This document shows, piece after piece, positions 17,496-26,814 of a stretch of DNA of 64,000 nucleotides. A program made the position numbers and the translations under genes. Source of the DNA: an uncultured Eubacteriales bacterium (lineage in GTDB: Bacteria; Bacillota; Clostridia; Christensenellales; Borkfalkiaceae); the NCBI GenBank assembly GCA_900548285.1, contig URKE01000001.1:21274-85273 (forward strand), read 5' to 3'. Below the pieces are notes generated by a model. The model worked only from the letters and a program-made list of their open reading frames with translations. It made no database searches and was not told the origin of the DNA. Position 1 is the stretch's first letter. Each line of letters starts with the position of its first letter.

Positions 17496-19868
17496 ATGGA
17501 CTCGTATAAAGAATTAAGGGACGACGGACTCGTAAATCCGGAAAATATCATAGTCAGTCCCGAAATAAAAACCATACCGATGGTCGCGCTTCGCGGTAAG
17601 GTTATTTTGCCGAACGTTTTCACGTCGTTCGACGTGGGCAGGCTCAAATCGCTCGCCGCGATAAACGCTTCGGTAGATACGGACGAAGCGTTGATTTTTG
17701 TTTCCGCTCAGCGCGATGCCAAGGTGGAAGAACCTTCCGAAAAAGACGTTTGCAACGTCGGCACGGTTTGCAGAATAAAACACATAACCCGCATGCCGGG
17801 CGACAACATAAAAGTCAACGTAAACGCGCTTTTCGCCGCGGAGATAGTTTCTTTCGAGCCGAACGACAATTATTTTCTCGTAACGGTCAAGGAGAGAATC
17901 CCGGACGACTGCGACGACGCCGAAACGGAGGCTTATTTCCGCGTGGTGAGAACCGAACTCGCGGAATTTCTGAATATGCCCGAAGTTAAGGTCAACAAGG
18001 ACGTTTTCGCGAACGTGCTTGCGCTCGAAAAACCCGAGGAGTTCGTCAACGCCGCTTCATATAATATGAATTTCAAAGAGGGCGACAAACAGCAGATTCT
18101 CGAGTATTCTGCCATTAAGGAGAAACTCTACGCTTTTTTCAATTTCCTCGTTCACGAAAAGGAGATAATCAAAACCGAAAAAGAAATTTCGGATAAAGTT
18201 AAGTCGAGCGTTGAAAAAAGCCAGCGCGAGTATTATCTCAGAGAACGCCTGAAAGCGATTCATAGCGAACTCGGCGACGATGAGAACGAAAAAGACGAAC
18301 TCAAAGAGCGTATTCTGGCTAAAAAGATGCCGAAAGAGGTGGAGGAGAAGGCTCTCAAAGAGTTTTCGAGAATGGATAAAATGAATCCGTCCTCGCCCGA
18401 TTACACAGTGCTTTCCACTTATCTCGACTGGCTTTTAGATCTTCCTTTCAATGAGGCGAGCAAGGACAGAGAGAGTATTGCGGAGGCTAAAAAGATTCTC
18501 GAAGCCGACCATTACGGGCTTGAAAAAATCAAAGAGAGAATTATCGAATATCTTGCCGTGCTTAAACTCACCGGCAAAACGGGCGGTTCTATTCTTTGCC
18601 TTTACGGTCCTCCGGGCGTGGGCAAAACGTCAATCGCCAAATCGGTGGCGCGGGCGCTTGACAGAAAATTCGTGAGAATGAGTCTCGGCGGCGTTAAGGA
18701 CGAAGCCGAAATTCGCGGTCACAGAAAAACTTACGTCGGCGCGATGCCCGGCAGAATTATGTACGCGATGAAAGAGGCGGGAACGGTCAACCCCGTTATT
18801 CTGCTCGACGAAATAGATAAACTTTCCAGCGACCTTCGCGGCGATCCCGCGAGCGCGCTTCTCGAGGTTTTAGACCCCGAACAAAACGTCGCTTTCCGCG
18901 ACCGTTATCTCGAAATACCTTACGATTTGTCCAAGGTTATTTTCATCACCACGGCAAACTCGCTCGAAACTATCCCATCGCCCCTTCTCGACAGAATGGA
19001 GGTTCTGGAACTGAGCGGTTACACGAGAAACGAAAAATGCGAGATCGCAAAACGTTATCTCGTGCCGAAAGAAACGGTTAAAAATGGGCTTGACGTTAAA
19101 CGCGTTAAGTTTGAAGAAAGCGCCGTTTATCGACTTATAGACGGGTTTACGCGTGAAGCGGGCGTGAGAAATCTCGAAAGGGAGATAGGCTCGGTGTGCA
19201 GAAAAATCGCAACGGAAGTGGCGAGCGGAAAGACGAAAAAGAAATTCGATATCGACGATAAATCGATTGAAAAATATCTCGGCGCGGACAGATTCTCCTA
19301 TACGGACGAACTGAGAAACGACGAAGTGGGTTGCGCAACGGGACTTGCCTGGACGCAGGTCGGCGGAACGACGCTCCCCGTAGAAGTCGCTCTTTTCAAG
19401 GGAAAGGGCAACCTTTATCTCACCGGAAAACTCGGCGAAGTGATGCAGGAAAGCGCGAAAATCGCTTTGACTTACGTTAAACTTCACGCCGAAGAAATAG
19501 GCGTTGACGGAAAGAAATTCGAGGACTACGACGTTCATATCCACGTTCCCGAGGGCGCGACGCCCAAGGACGGACCGAGCGCGGGCGTAACGCTCGCAAC
19601 GGCGATAACTTCGGCGTTCACGGGCAAAAAAGTTCGCGGCGACGTGGCGATGACGGGCGAAATTACCTTGCGCGGAAAAGTTCTGCCTATCGGCGGGCTT
19701 AAAGAAAAGGCGCTCGCGGCGTTCAGACTGGGGATAAGAAACGTGATTATTCCCGACCGCAACAAAAAAGACCTCGAGGAAATACCCGACAACATAAGAA
19801 ACGAAATGAATTTCATTCCCGTTTCGTCCGTAGGCGAAGTCCTTAAAGTCGCCGTCCGCGAATTCTAA
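17496..19868 (+). CDS. lon: ATP-dependent protease Lon
   Basis: GPPGVGKTS Walker A, catalytic PKDGPSAGV Ser and Lys dyad. RBS AAGGAG. Confidence 0.95.
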   Translation: MDSYKELRDDGLVNPENIIVSPEIKTIPMVALRGKVILPNVFTSFDVGRLKSLAAINASVDTDEALIFVSAQRDAKVEEPSEKDVCNVGTVCRIKHITRMPGDNIKVNVNALFAAEIVSFEPNDNYFLVTVKERIPDDCDDAETEAYFRVVRTELAEFLNMPEVKVNKDVFANVLALEKPEEFVNAASYNMNFKEGDKQQILEYSAIKEKLYAFFNFLVHEKEIIKTEKEISDKVKSSVEKSQREYYLRERLKAIHSELGDDENEKDELKERILAKKMPKEVEEKALKEFSRMDKMNPSSPDYTVLSTYLDWLLDLPFNEASKDRESIAEAKKILEADHYGLEKIKERIIEYLAVLKLTGKTGGSILCLYGPPGVGKTSIAKSVARALDRKFVRMSLGGVKDEAEIRGHRKTYVGAMPGRIMYAMKEAGTVNPVILLDEIDKLSSDLRGDPASALLEVLDPEQNVAFRDRYLEIPYDLSKVIFITTANSLETIPSPLLDRMEVLELSGYTRNEKCEIAKRYLVPKETVKNGLDVKRVKFEESAVYRLIDGFTREAGVRNLEREIGSVCRKIATEVASGKTKKKFDIDDKSIEKYLGADRFSYTDELRNDEVGCATGLAWTQVGGTTLPVEVALFKGKGNLYLTGKLGEVMQESAKIALTYVKLHAEEIGVDGKKFEDYDVHIHVPEGATPKDGPSAGVTLATAITSAFTGKKVRGDVAMTGEITLRGKVLPIGGLKEKALAAFRLGIRNVIIPDRNKKDLEEIPDNIRNEMNFIPVSSVGEVLKVAVREF

Positions 19869-19936
19869 ACGGATTACGGGCGTGGTTCAAGCGGTTTTCC
19901 AACAAAGTAAAAAGCAGTAATCGGGGGATTTCAACG

Positions 19937-20590
19937 ATGATTATCAAAAACGCAACGTTCATAACGTCAGCGGCGTCGCCGTCGCAGTTCATAAAGCCGG
20001 ACAAACCGATAATAGCGGTGGTAGGCAAATCGAACGTGGGCAAAAGTTCGTTCATAAATATGCTCGCGAATCAGAAAAAACTCGCGAAAACGTCCGACAC
20101 GCCGGGCAGAACGCGGCTCGTCAATTATTTCGACTTCGGCGAATTCGTTCTCGCCGACCTGCCGGGTTACGGCTATGCGAAGGTTTCCAAAGCGGAAAAA
20201 GAGAAGTGGGGCGTTACGATGCAGAAGTTTTTTGCGGACAAATCGAACGCGAATTACGTTTTTTCGCTCGTCGATATTCGCCACAAACCCACGGCGGACG
20301 ACGTAACGATGGTTAATTTTCTTCATTCGTGCGCGTTTTCGTTCAGTTTCATCGCTACAAAAGCGGATAAACTTTCGAGAATGCAGGTTAAAAAGAACGT
20401 GGAGGATATCGCCCGCTTTTTCGCGGTGACGAAGCAGAACGTGATTGCCGTTTCGTCGGAAACCCGTCAGGGGAAGGACGAAGTGCTTGCCAGACTCGAC
20501 GAAATTCTCGAAAACGTCGCTCTTTACGGCCCGGGCAGCGGTCGGAATGAGGACGATGAAGAGGACGAGGAGGAAGAAAATGCAGAATAA
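19937..20590 (+). CDS. engB: Ribosome biogenesis GTPase YihA/EngB
   Basis: GKSNVGKSS G1 motif and DLPGYG. Follows lon as in Bacillus (lonA-ysxC). Confidence 0.9.
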   Translation: MIIKNATFITSAASPSQFIKPDKPIIAVVGKSNVGKSSFINMLANQKKLAKTSDTPGRTRLVNYFDFGEFVLADLPGYGYAKVSKAEKEKWGVTMQKFFADKSNANYVFSLVDIRHKPTADDVTMVNFLHSCAFSFSFIATKADKLSRMQVKKNVEDIARFFAVTKQNVIAVSSETRQGKDEVLARLDEILENVALYGPGSGRNEDDEEDEEEENAE

Positions 20591-20816
20591 ATCGACGTTA
20601 TTCAGAGTTATTTCGATAGTTTTTTACGTGCTTGCGGCTCTGTTGTTTTTTATGCGAACCGAAGAGAACGGTTATATGACCTTCGCCGTGATTTCGCTTG
20701 CGATCGGCGCGGTTTTCAGTTCGGTTTCCGCCGCGATAACGTTAAAGAATAAGGATAAAAACGACGCGGACGACAACACGGACGAACAAACAAACGATAA
20801 TCCCGAAAAAAAATAA
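20580..20816 (+). CDS. Small membrane protein (78 aa), hypothetical
   Basis: Start overlaps the engB stop, RBS GAGGAGGAAG. Two TM helices. Confidence 0.4.
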   Translation: MQNKSTLFRVISIVFYVLAALLFFMRTEENGYMTFAVISLAIGAVFSSVSAAITLKNKDKNDADDNTDEQTNDNPEKK

Positions 20817-20879
20817 AATCGGAAAACGGCGTTAAAACGCTTGCGTTTTTCGGGATAATGTATTACAATCGAACCAACT

Positions 20880-21110
20880 TAACAGTAGAGATAGAGGCGC
20901 AGGGCTTAAAAGTAACCTCGTTCATAACCCGTCGAAGGGGAACGATGCGAAAGGAAGTCTTGCCGAAACCGTTGCGCGTTCGCACCGCGCGGCAGGTTGG
21001 GCGTCGATAAAACATATCGGCGACTGTCGCTTTTTGCGGAGGGCTATCGTGATATCAGCGGATTTTCCCGTGAGTATTGCTATGCGGCTCTACTCACGGG
21101 TTTTTATTTT
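20880..21110 (+). ncRNA. Lysine riboswitch (L-box) with terminator expression platform
   Basis: 5' AGAGATAGAGGCGC and 3' GGAGGGCTATCGTG match the L-box P1 and flanking consensus recalled from the B. subtilis lysC leader. Terminator cccgtgagt...actcacgggttttt sits just upstream of the RBS of an amino-acid ABC transporter. Confidence 0.6.
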
Positions 21111-21128
21111 CTTTCAGGAGGAGCATAA

Positions 21129-22793
21129 ATGAAAAACAGACGCTCGATATTTTTAGTACTGATAAGCGTTTTTCTTATTTTTGCCTGCAGCGGTTGCGGC
21201 GGAAGAAATAACGCGAAACTCACTTACGTCGACCTTGTAAACAACGACACGGGGTTTGCCGCCACCGACGCGGACGTCGCCATAGCCATAGGGCTTAAGA
21301 AAGGCGACGCGTATAAAGACAAAATGAATCAGTTTCTCGATAAACTCACCGCCGAAAAGCAGGAAGAGATCATGGGCGGGATTATCGGGATTTTAAACGA
21401 CGAAACCGCGACTTTCACGCCGCGTTACGATTTTTCGTCCGTTACGGGCGGAGTTCTGAAAGTCGGAATGGAGTGCGCTTACGAACCGTATAACTGGACT
21501 CAGGACGACGACAGAAACGGCGCGCTCCCGATAAAAAACCTGAGCGGAAAATACGCCAACGGTTACGACGTTCAGATAGCCGCTATGGTCGCCGCTTCGA
21601 TGAATATGACAATCGAAATTTATCAATACGAGTGGGAGAGCCTTATCCCGGCGGTTCAGAGCGGAAAACTCGACGCTATCGTCGCGGGTATGAGCCCCAC
21701 GGAAGAGCGAAAAAAGGAAGTCGATTTCACCACGCCTTATTATCGTTCCACGCTCGTCGTTGTGACGAGAGAAGGTTCGGTTATCGCCGACGCGAAGAGT
21801 CTTGAGGAAATCGATAAAGAGGGGGTTAAAGTCGCGGGGCAACCGGGAACTTTCCACCTTTCCGCGCTTAAATCTCAGACGAGCAATCTTACCGTTATAG
21901 ACAGCCTTGCGAACTTCGTCGATATGAGAATCGCGCTCGAAGCGGGAACTATAGACGGTTACGTCGCCGAACGCCCCACCGCGAACGCCGTATGCAACGC
22001 AAAAAACGGCGAAGAAGAAGGTTTTTTCGTTTCGGTCGGAAACATTCTGAAAACGTATTGGAAAGACTTTCTGAAAGGTATAGGTTACACCCTTTCGATA
22101 GCGTTGATATCCACGGTCGCGGGGCTTTTAATCGGCTTGATTATAGGCATCGTGAGAACGATTCCGCGCTCGAAAAAGAAGTGGGTGGCGGTTATTCAGA
22201 AAGTCGTTGACGTGATATTGTCCGTTTATATCGAAGTGTTCAGAGGCACGCCGATGATGGTGCAGTCGATGGTTATTTACTGGGGTTACGCATTCGCTAC
22301 GGGCGGCAACACGCTCAATCTGTTTTTCTCTGCGCTCGTCATAGTTTCGATTAACACCGGCGCGTATATCGCGGAAATCGTGAGAGGCGGAATAATTTCG
22401 ATAGACAAAGGTCAGTTCGAAGGCGCGAGGGCGCTCGGAATGGGGCATGTTCAGACGATGATTCACGTTATTCTGCCGCAGGTTATAAGGAATATTCTCC
22501 CCGCCGTTTCCAACGAATTCGTCATCAATATCAAAGATACTTCCGTCCTTAACGTGATAGGCGTAACCGAACTTTATTTCTTCACGAACGTGATAGTGAA
22601 GCAGACGTATAAAAACTTCCCGATTTACTTCATATGTTGTGTGATTTACTTCATAATGACGTTCACGATCACGAGAATTTTAAGGCTCGTGGAAAAACTT
22701 CTCGCCGGTAAGGATAATTACACGATCTGCGGTTCGCAGACGGACGCCGCCGCGATGATAAAAGTTACCAAGGAGGGAATTCCCAATGACTGA
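21129..22793 (+). CDS. Polar amino acid ABC transporter, fused substrate-binding lipoprotein + permease (GlnP-like)
   Basis: Signal peptide plus Cys. Family-3 SBP domain. C-terminal permease with EAA-like loop. Confidence 0.85.
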   Translation: MKNRRSIFLVLISVFLIFACSGCGGRNNAKLTYVDLVNNDTGFAATDADVAIAIGLKKGDAYKDKMNQFLDKLTAEKQEEIMGGIIGILNDETATFTPRYDFSSVTGGVLKVGMECAYEPYNWTQDDDRNGALPIKNLSGKYANGYDVQIAAMVAASMNMTIEIYQYEWESLIPAVQSGKLDAIVAGMSPTEERKKEVDFTTPYYRSTLVVVTREGSVIADAKSLEEIDKEGVKVAGQPGTFHLSALKSQTSNLTVIDSLANFVDMRIALEAGTIDGYVAERPTANAVCNAKNGEEEGFFVSVGNILKTYWKDFLKGIGYTLSIALISTVAGLLIGLIIGIVRTIPRSKKKWVAVIQKVVDVILSVYIEVFRGTPMMVQSMVIYWGYAFATGGNTLNLFFSALVIVSINTGAYIAEIVRGGIISIDKGQFEGARALGMGHVQTMIHVILPQVIRNILPAVSNEFVINIKDTSVLNVIGVTELYFFTNVIVKQTYKNFPIYFICCVIYFIMTFTITRILRLVEKLLAGKDNYTICGSQTDAAAMIKVTKEGIPND

Positions 22794-23532
22794 GAATATC
22801 ATAAGCATCAAAAATCTTAAAAAATCGTTCGGAGAACACGAAGTTTTAAAAGGCGTCGATCTCGACGTAAAAAAAGGCGAAGTCGTTTCCGTAATAGGCG
22901 CGTCCGGCTCGGGCAAAAGCACCATGCTTCGCTGCATAAATCTGCTCGAAACGCCGTCGGACGGGGAGATACTTTATAACGGACGGAATATTCAATCCGC
23001 CGATTTCGACGTTGCGGAATACAGAGCGAAAGTGGGAATGGTCTTTCAGCAGTTCAATCTGTTCAACAACATGGATGTGATGAAAAACTGCGTAATAGGG
23101 CAAATGAAGGTTTTAAAGAGAAGCAGGGAAGAAGCGGAAAAAATCGCGTTGGAATATCTCGGAAAAGTGGGAATGAGCGCGTTTATCAAAGCCCGCCCCG
23201 CTCAACTTTCGGGAGGTCAGAAGCAAAGAGTCGCCATCGCCCGCGCGCTGGCTATGAATCCCGACGTTCTTTTGTTCGACGAACCGACTTCGGCGCTGGA
23301 CCCGGAAATGGTCGGCGAAGTTCTTTCCGTAATGAAAGCCCTTGCAAACACCGGACTTACGATGATAGTCGTAACTCACGAAATGCAGTTTGCCAAAGAC
23401 GTTTCTTCGAGAGTGGTGTTTATGGATGGAGGGTTTATCGCCGAGGACGACGCGCCCGAAGTTATTTTCGGAGAGCCGAAAAATCCGAGAACGAAGGAAT
23501 TTCTGTTCAGGGTTTTGAACAAGGATATTTAA
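22786..23532 (+). CDS. Polar amino acid ABC transporter ATP-binding protein (GlnQ-like)
   Basis: [35 protein letters not shown]. Confidence 0.9.
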   Translation: MTENIISIKNLKKSFGEHEVLKGVDLDVKKGEVVSVIGASGSGKSTMLRCINLLETPSDGEILYNGRNIQSADFDVAEYRAKVGMVFQQFNLFNNMDVMKNCVIGQMKVLKRSREEAEKIALEYLGKVGMSAFIKARPAQLSGGQKQRVAIARALAMNPDVLLFDEPTSALDPEMVGEVLSVMKALANTGLTMIVVTHEMQFAKDVSSRVVFMDGGFIAEDDAPEVIFGEPKNPRTKEFLFRVLNKDI

Positions 23533-23536
23533 TGCG

Positions 23537-23561
23537 TAGGGATTTCATTCGTTATCACTAA
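23537..23561 (+). repeat. Solo copy of the 25-nt TIR-like motif TAGGGATTTCATTCGTTATCACTAA
   Basis: Near-identical to the two inverted copies flanking 33246-33507. Confidence 0.7.
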
Positions 23562-23574
23562 CATTCGTAATATT

Positions 23575-23620
23575 GACGGCGCGGCTCGCCCTTTGTTTAA
23601 GCAAAGGGCGAGCCGCGTGT
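23575..23620. terminator. Bidirectional intrinsic terminator
   Basis: gcggctcgccctttgtttaagcaaagggcgagccgc. Confidence 0.7.
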
Positions 23621-23621
23621 T

Positions 23622-23936
23622 TTAACGATATTTTTTCTCGCAGAATTCTTCGGGTTTTATAACGATTCCCTTTATGTTTTTGAAGGCGAGGTCGGGTTTC
23701 CGTTTCGCCTTTTTCCTCGGCTTTTTCGGGGCGGCGGGCTTGCAGTCGGCGTTGCGGATATAGTAAATTTTAGGGTCGGGTTCATAGGCGGGCGCGGGAA
23801 TATCGTCCTTTTTCCGTCCGGCGTCGCTCATTTTTTCTTTAACGTAGTTTCCGCCGAATTTAATAAGACAGGCGAATCCGAACGCCGCGCCGAACACCGT
23901 GACGAAAAGCAAGATTATCTGATATGCTTCGGGCAT
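23622..23936 (-). CDS. Hypothetical small membrane-anchored, Lys/Pro-rich protein
   Basis: 104 aa, N-terminal TM helix. Confidence 0.4.
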   Translation of the reverse strand: MPEAYQIILLFVTVFGAAFGFACLIKFGGNYVKEKMSDAGRKKDDIPAPAYEPDPKIYYIRNADCKPAAPKKPRKKAKRKPDLAFKNIKGIVIKPEEFCEKKYR

Positions 23937-24144
23937 AAATTTATTCCTCTTTTTGTTTTACTTTCCGTCGGAATTGTGGTAAAATATAGTTGCCGGCGGC
24001 TGAATATAGTATAGCGCGTCGGGATGAAGTTAAAAAGACAATTATTGTCGGAAATCGTCGGAATGTGTCGCATTGATTCCGCAGGCGTATAAAACCGATA
24101 ATAAAAGTGGATAATTATTATAAATTAAAAGCGAGGTTGTGATT

Positions 24145-25212
24145 ATGAAAGGTAAAGAATTGAAGATCCGGGAAAAAACCGCGGACGTAAAAACCACAGA
24201 CGTAAAAACCACAGACGTTAAAAATCCCGAAAACGTCGCCCCGGACACGGGAGCATCTCCGGTTGTAGTGGTCGAAAAAGAAAATCATAACGAAACGGTT
24301 TATACCGACGCGGCGCAGGCTTACGATACCAAGTCGACGGAAAAAGACGACGTTCGTTCCGATGATTTTTCGTATTCGTCAAAAAACAATGCGAACGCGT
24401 ATGAAGAATTTAAAAATCCCGGCAACGGAAACAAAAACGACGACGAAACGTTTTCGCAGGAGCCGCGTTTCGGCAATGATACAACCGATAAGGCGTCGGT
24501 TATCTTCGGGCAGAGCGAAGATGAAATGCGCCGCGAGTTCAAGGCGTTCAAAGCCGCGAAACTCTTCAAAAAATTCGATTGCGATCTCACCGATATCGTC
24601 AGTCCCGAAGTTCTCGATCAGAAACTTATCGAGGTAAAAAATTACGGATTCGGCGGAGTCGTCATAACCCCGCAGAAAATAAAAATCGCCAAAGAAAAAC
24701 TTGCAGGCACGGGCATCGAAATCGTTGCGGCAGTTTGTTTTCCGCTCGGCGAGGAAGCGTTCGGGGTAAAGAAGTACGCCATTAAAAAGGCTTTTGAAAA
24801 AGGCGCGGACAGAGTTTACGTTCCCGTCGGAATTTCCACGGTTAAATTCAACGCGACGGACGTTATGAAACGCGAATTTAAGAAAATTATCAGAGCCGCC
24901 AAAAAGAGAAAGGTTTCCGCCGTTCTCGAAAGCGGAATAATGACTTCTGCGGAAATCGAAAAAGCGGTTAAGGTTCTTAACGTCGCGGGCGTAAGGTCGT
25001 TTGTTTCGTCTTCGGGCTTTTTCGGCTCGGGCGAGAGCGTTTCGGCTGTCAAGAGTATAAGATATTATCTTGCCGGCGGAAGCGAAATCTGCGGATTCAC
25101 CGCGAGCAGAAAAAGCGACGAAGCGGTGGGGCTTATGTCCGTTGCCGACAGACTTTTCGTCAAAAACGCCGCCGAACTCGCCGCAGACATAAAAGCCAAC
25201 CTGAAATATTAA
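24145..25212 (+). CDS. DeoC/LacD-fold (deoxyribose-phosphate aldolase-like) protein with long disordered repeat-containing N-terminus
   Basis: The C-terminal ~220 aa align by eye to DERA (VCFPLGE, GADRVYVPV, VLESG). The N-terminal 130 aa are low-complexity, including a KTTDV 15-bp tandem repeat. Confidence 0.5.
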   Translation: MKGKELKIREKTADVKTTDVKTTDVKNPENVAPDTGASPVVVVEKENHNETVYTDAAQAYDTKSTEKDDVRSDDFSYSSKNNANAYEEFKNPGNGNKNDDETFSQEPRFGNDTTDKASVIFGQSEDEMRREFKAFKAAKLFKKFDCDLTDIVSPEVLDQKLIEVKNYGFGGVVITPQKIKIAKEKLAGTGIEIVAAVCFPLGEEAFGVKKYAIKKAFEKGADRVYVPVGISTVKFNATDVMKREFKKIIRAAKKRKVSAVLESGIMTSAEIEKAVKVLNVAGVRSFVSSSGFFGSGESVSAVKSIRYYLAGGSEICGFTASRKSDEAVGLMSVADRLFVKNAAELAADIKANLKY

Positions 25213-25251
25213 ACATTACCGCGTTGCTTGATTTTTTTGAGTCTGATACGC

Positions 25252-25280
25252 TTGACAAGCTGCGGGATAAGTTGTAGAAT
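25252..25280 (+). promoter_or_regulatory. Promoter TTGACA-17-TAGAAT driving the riboswitch leader
   Basis: cttgacaagctgcgggataagttgtagaat. Confidence 0.55.
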
Positions 25281-25287
25281 GTAGCCG

Positions 25288-25692
25288 AAATCTTTGGGGC
25301 GGAGTGAAAATCTCCACCGGCAGTGAAGTTCCCTTTTTTCGGCGGCGGACAACGGTTTTGTCTGCAACCTAGCCACAGGTGATTGTGTTCGGACTCGGTC
25401 TTGCCATGTGTTTTTGACTAATACATCGTTGCGTTTCGCGTGTTATACGTATAGTATTAACGCGCTCACGCGCCTTGTCTTAGCCTAAAAACGCAAGGCA
25501 AGACTTGCTGGCAACCAAAACGGTCGGGCTGAAAACACGCGCTTTGACGGGGTGAAATTCCCCGACCGACGGTAAACCGTATGTCGGCAACGACGAATCT
25601 CTACGGTAAAGTCCGGATAAGAAAAGATTCATAAACTGCGAATCAAAGAAGTTTATTATTTGCCCCGTCCGATTTCGGACGGGGCTTTTCGG
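25288..25692 (+). ncRNA. FMN riboswitch (RFN element) of atypical length (~340 nt aptamer) plus terminator/sequester hairpin
   Basis: 5' half cttTGGGGCGGAGTGAAAATCTCCACCGGCAG. 3' half GGGGTGAAATTCCCCGACCGACGGTAAA...CGGTAAAGTCCGGATAAGAAAAGATTC. P1 pairs aatcttt with aaagatt. Expression-platform hairpin ccccgtccgatttcggacgggg sits immediately before RBS GGAGG. ECF S-component gene downstream, as for ribU. Confidence 0.55.
25391..25520 (+). repeat. Structured ~120 nt repeat element, copy 1 (inside riboswitch P3)
   Basis: Core GTTTTTGACTAATACATCGTT...TATTAAC...GTCTTAGCCTAAAAAC is ~85% identical to 62762-62885. Closed by stem gtcttgcc/ggcaagac. Confidence 0.7.
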
Positions 25693-25706
25693 AGGTTAAA
25701 ATTATC

Positions 25707-26387
25707 ATGGAGCAAAAAAAAGAGCAAACAACGGAACGGGAAGTCGCAGAAGAAAGCGTTGCCGACGAAAAAAAAGATGAAGCGGCAAGCGAAAAAAAAG
25801 AGGAAACGGCAAGCGAAAAAAAAGAGGAAACGGCAAGCGAAAAAAAATCAGGCCCGTTCACGGCGAAAAAACTTGCGCTTATAGCGGCATTCACCGCGCT
25901 CGCGTTCGGCGCGTCTTTTCTTGATTTTCCCGTTTTCCCCGCCGCGCCATTTTTAAAACTCGATTTTTCGTTCGCGATTATGCTTATCGGCGCTTACATG
26001 CTCGGCGCGTTGCCGGGCGAAATAACGGTTATCGCGTTCACGCTGTTCCGTCTGCCGCCCAGTCAGACGGGAATGATAGGCGAACTCGCAAACTTCATAA
26101 TGGCGCAGTTTTTCGTGGTTGTTCCGTCGCTTATTTACGAGCGTAAAAGAAAATTTTCGGTCGTGGCGATAACTCTCACCGCCGCAACTCTGATTATTTC
26201 CGCGGTGTCGCTTCTCATAAACAGATATCTCCTTTTTCCGTTTTATATGCAGGACGGAGCGGCGGCTTTTTTTGCCGACGTGTGGTATCTGATCATTCTT
26301 TTCAACTTGATAAAAGGCGCGTCAAACGCCGTCATAACCGTGTTATTATATAAAAGACTGAAAAAAATACTTCACAAATTCCTGTAA
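25707..26387 (+). CDS. ECF transporter S component (RibU-like riboflavin importer candidate) with charged repeat N-terminal extension
   Basis: Five to six TM helices typical of an ECF S-unit. Preceded by an FMN-type riboswitch. 24-bp tandem repeats encode EKKEETAS x3. Confidence 0.65.
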   Translation: MEQKKEQTTEREVAEESVADEKKDEAASEKKEETASEKKEETASEKKSGPFTAKKLALIAAFTALAFGASFLDFPVFPAAPFLKLDFSFAIMLIGAYMLGALPGEITVIAFTLFRLPPSQTGMIGELANFIMAQFFVVVPSLIYERKRKFSVVAITLTAATLIISAVSLLINRYLLFPFYMQDGAAAFFADVWYLIILFNLIKGASNAVITVLLYKRLKKILHKFL

Positions 26388-26804
26388 ATGGTATATAATC
26401 GGTATATGGTAAAAATTACGAAATCACGCGAAGAAACGATAAAATTCGCCGAAGAATACGGCAAAACTCTGCGCGGCGGCGACGTGCTTCTGCTTGACGG
26501 GGAAATGGGAGCGGGCAAAACCGTTTTCACAAAGGGGATAGCCCTCGCTCTCGGAATCAATGCGGAAATAACAAGCCCCACTTACGCTTATCTCAACGAT
26601 TACGACGGAAAACTTTATCATTACGATTGCTACAGGCTTTCGTCCGGCGAGGACGCCGAGGCTTTGGGGCTTACGGAGTATTTTTACGGCAACGGCGTTT
26701 GCGTGGTGGAATGGAGCGAGAACATCGCCGACGTTCTGCCGGATAATTGCAAAAGAGTGAAAATAGAAAAAATCGACTTAAATACACGAAAAATTACTTA
26801 TTAA
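26388..26804 (+). CDS. tsaE: tRNA threonylcarbamoyladenosine biosynthesis protein TsaE
   Basis: GEMGAGKT P-loop. Start codon choice between 26388 and 26406 is uncertain. Confidence 0.75.
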   Translation: MVYNRYMVKITKSREETIKFAEEYGKTLRGGDVLLLDGEMGAGKTVFTKGIALALGINAEITSPTYAYLNDYDGKLYHYDCYRLSSGEDAEALGLTEYFYGNGVCVVEWSENIADVLPDNCKRVKIEKIDLNTRKITY

Positions 26805-26814
26805 AGAGGATGAA

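Noticed and set aside
20850-21125. T-box leader upstream of the amino acid ABC transporter
   Set aside because: No GGGTGGNACCGCG T-box sequence or specifier-loop architecture was found. The 5' and 3' ends instead match L-box (lysine riboswitch) consensus.
25288-25692. Cobalamin riboswitch (because of GGTGAAATTCC-like loops)
   Set aside because: The B12-box (GCCACTG) context is absent. The paired GGTGAAATTCC + ACCGGCGG/CCGACAGTAAAGTCYGGAT blocks and the ECF S-component downstream fit the FMN/RFN element better.
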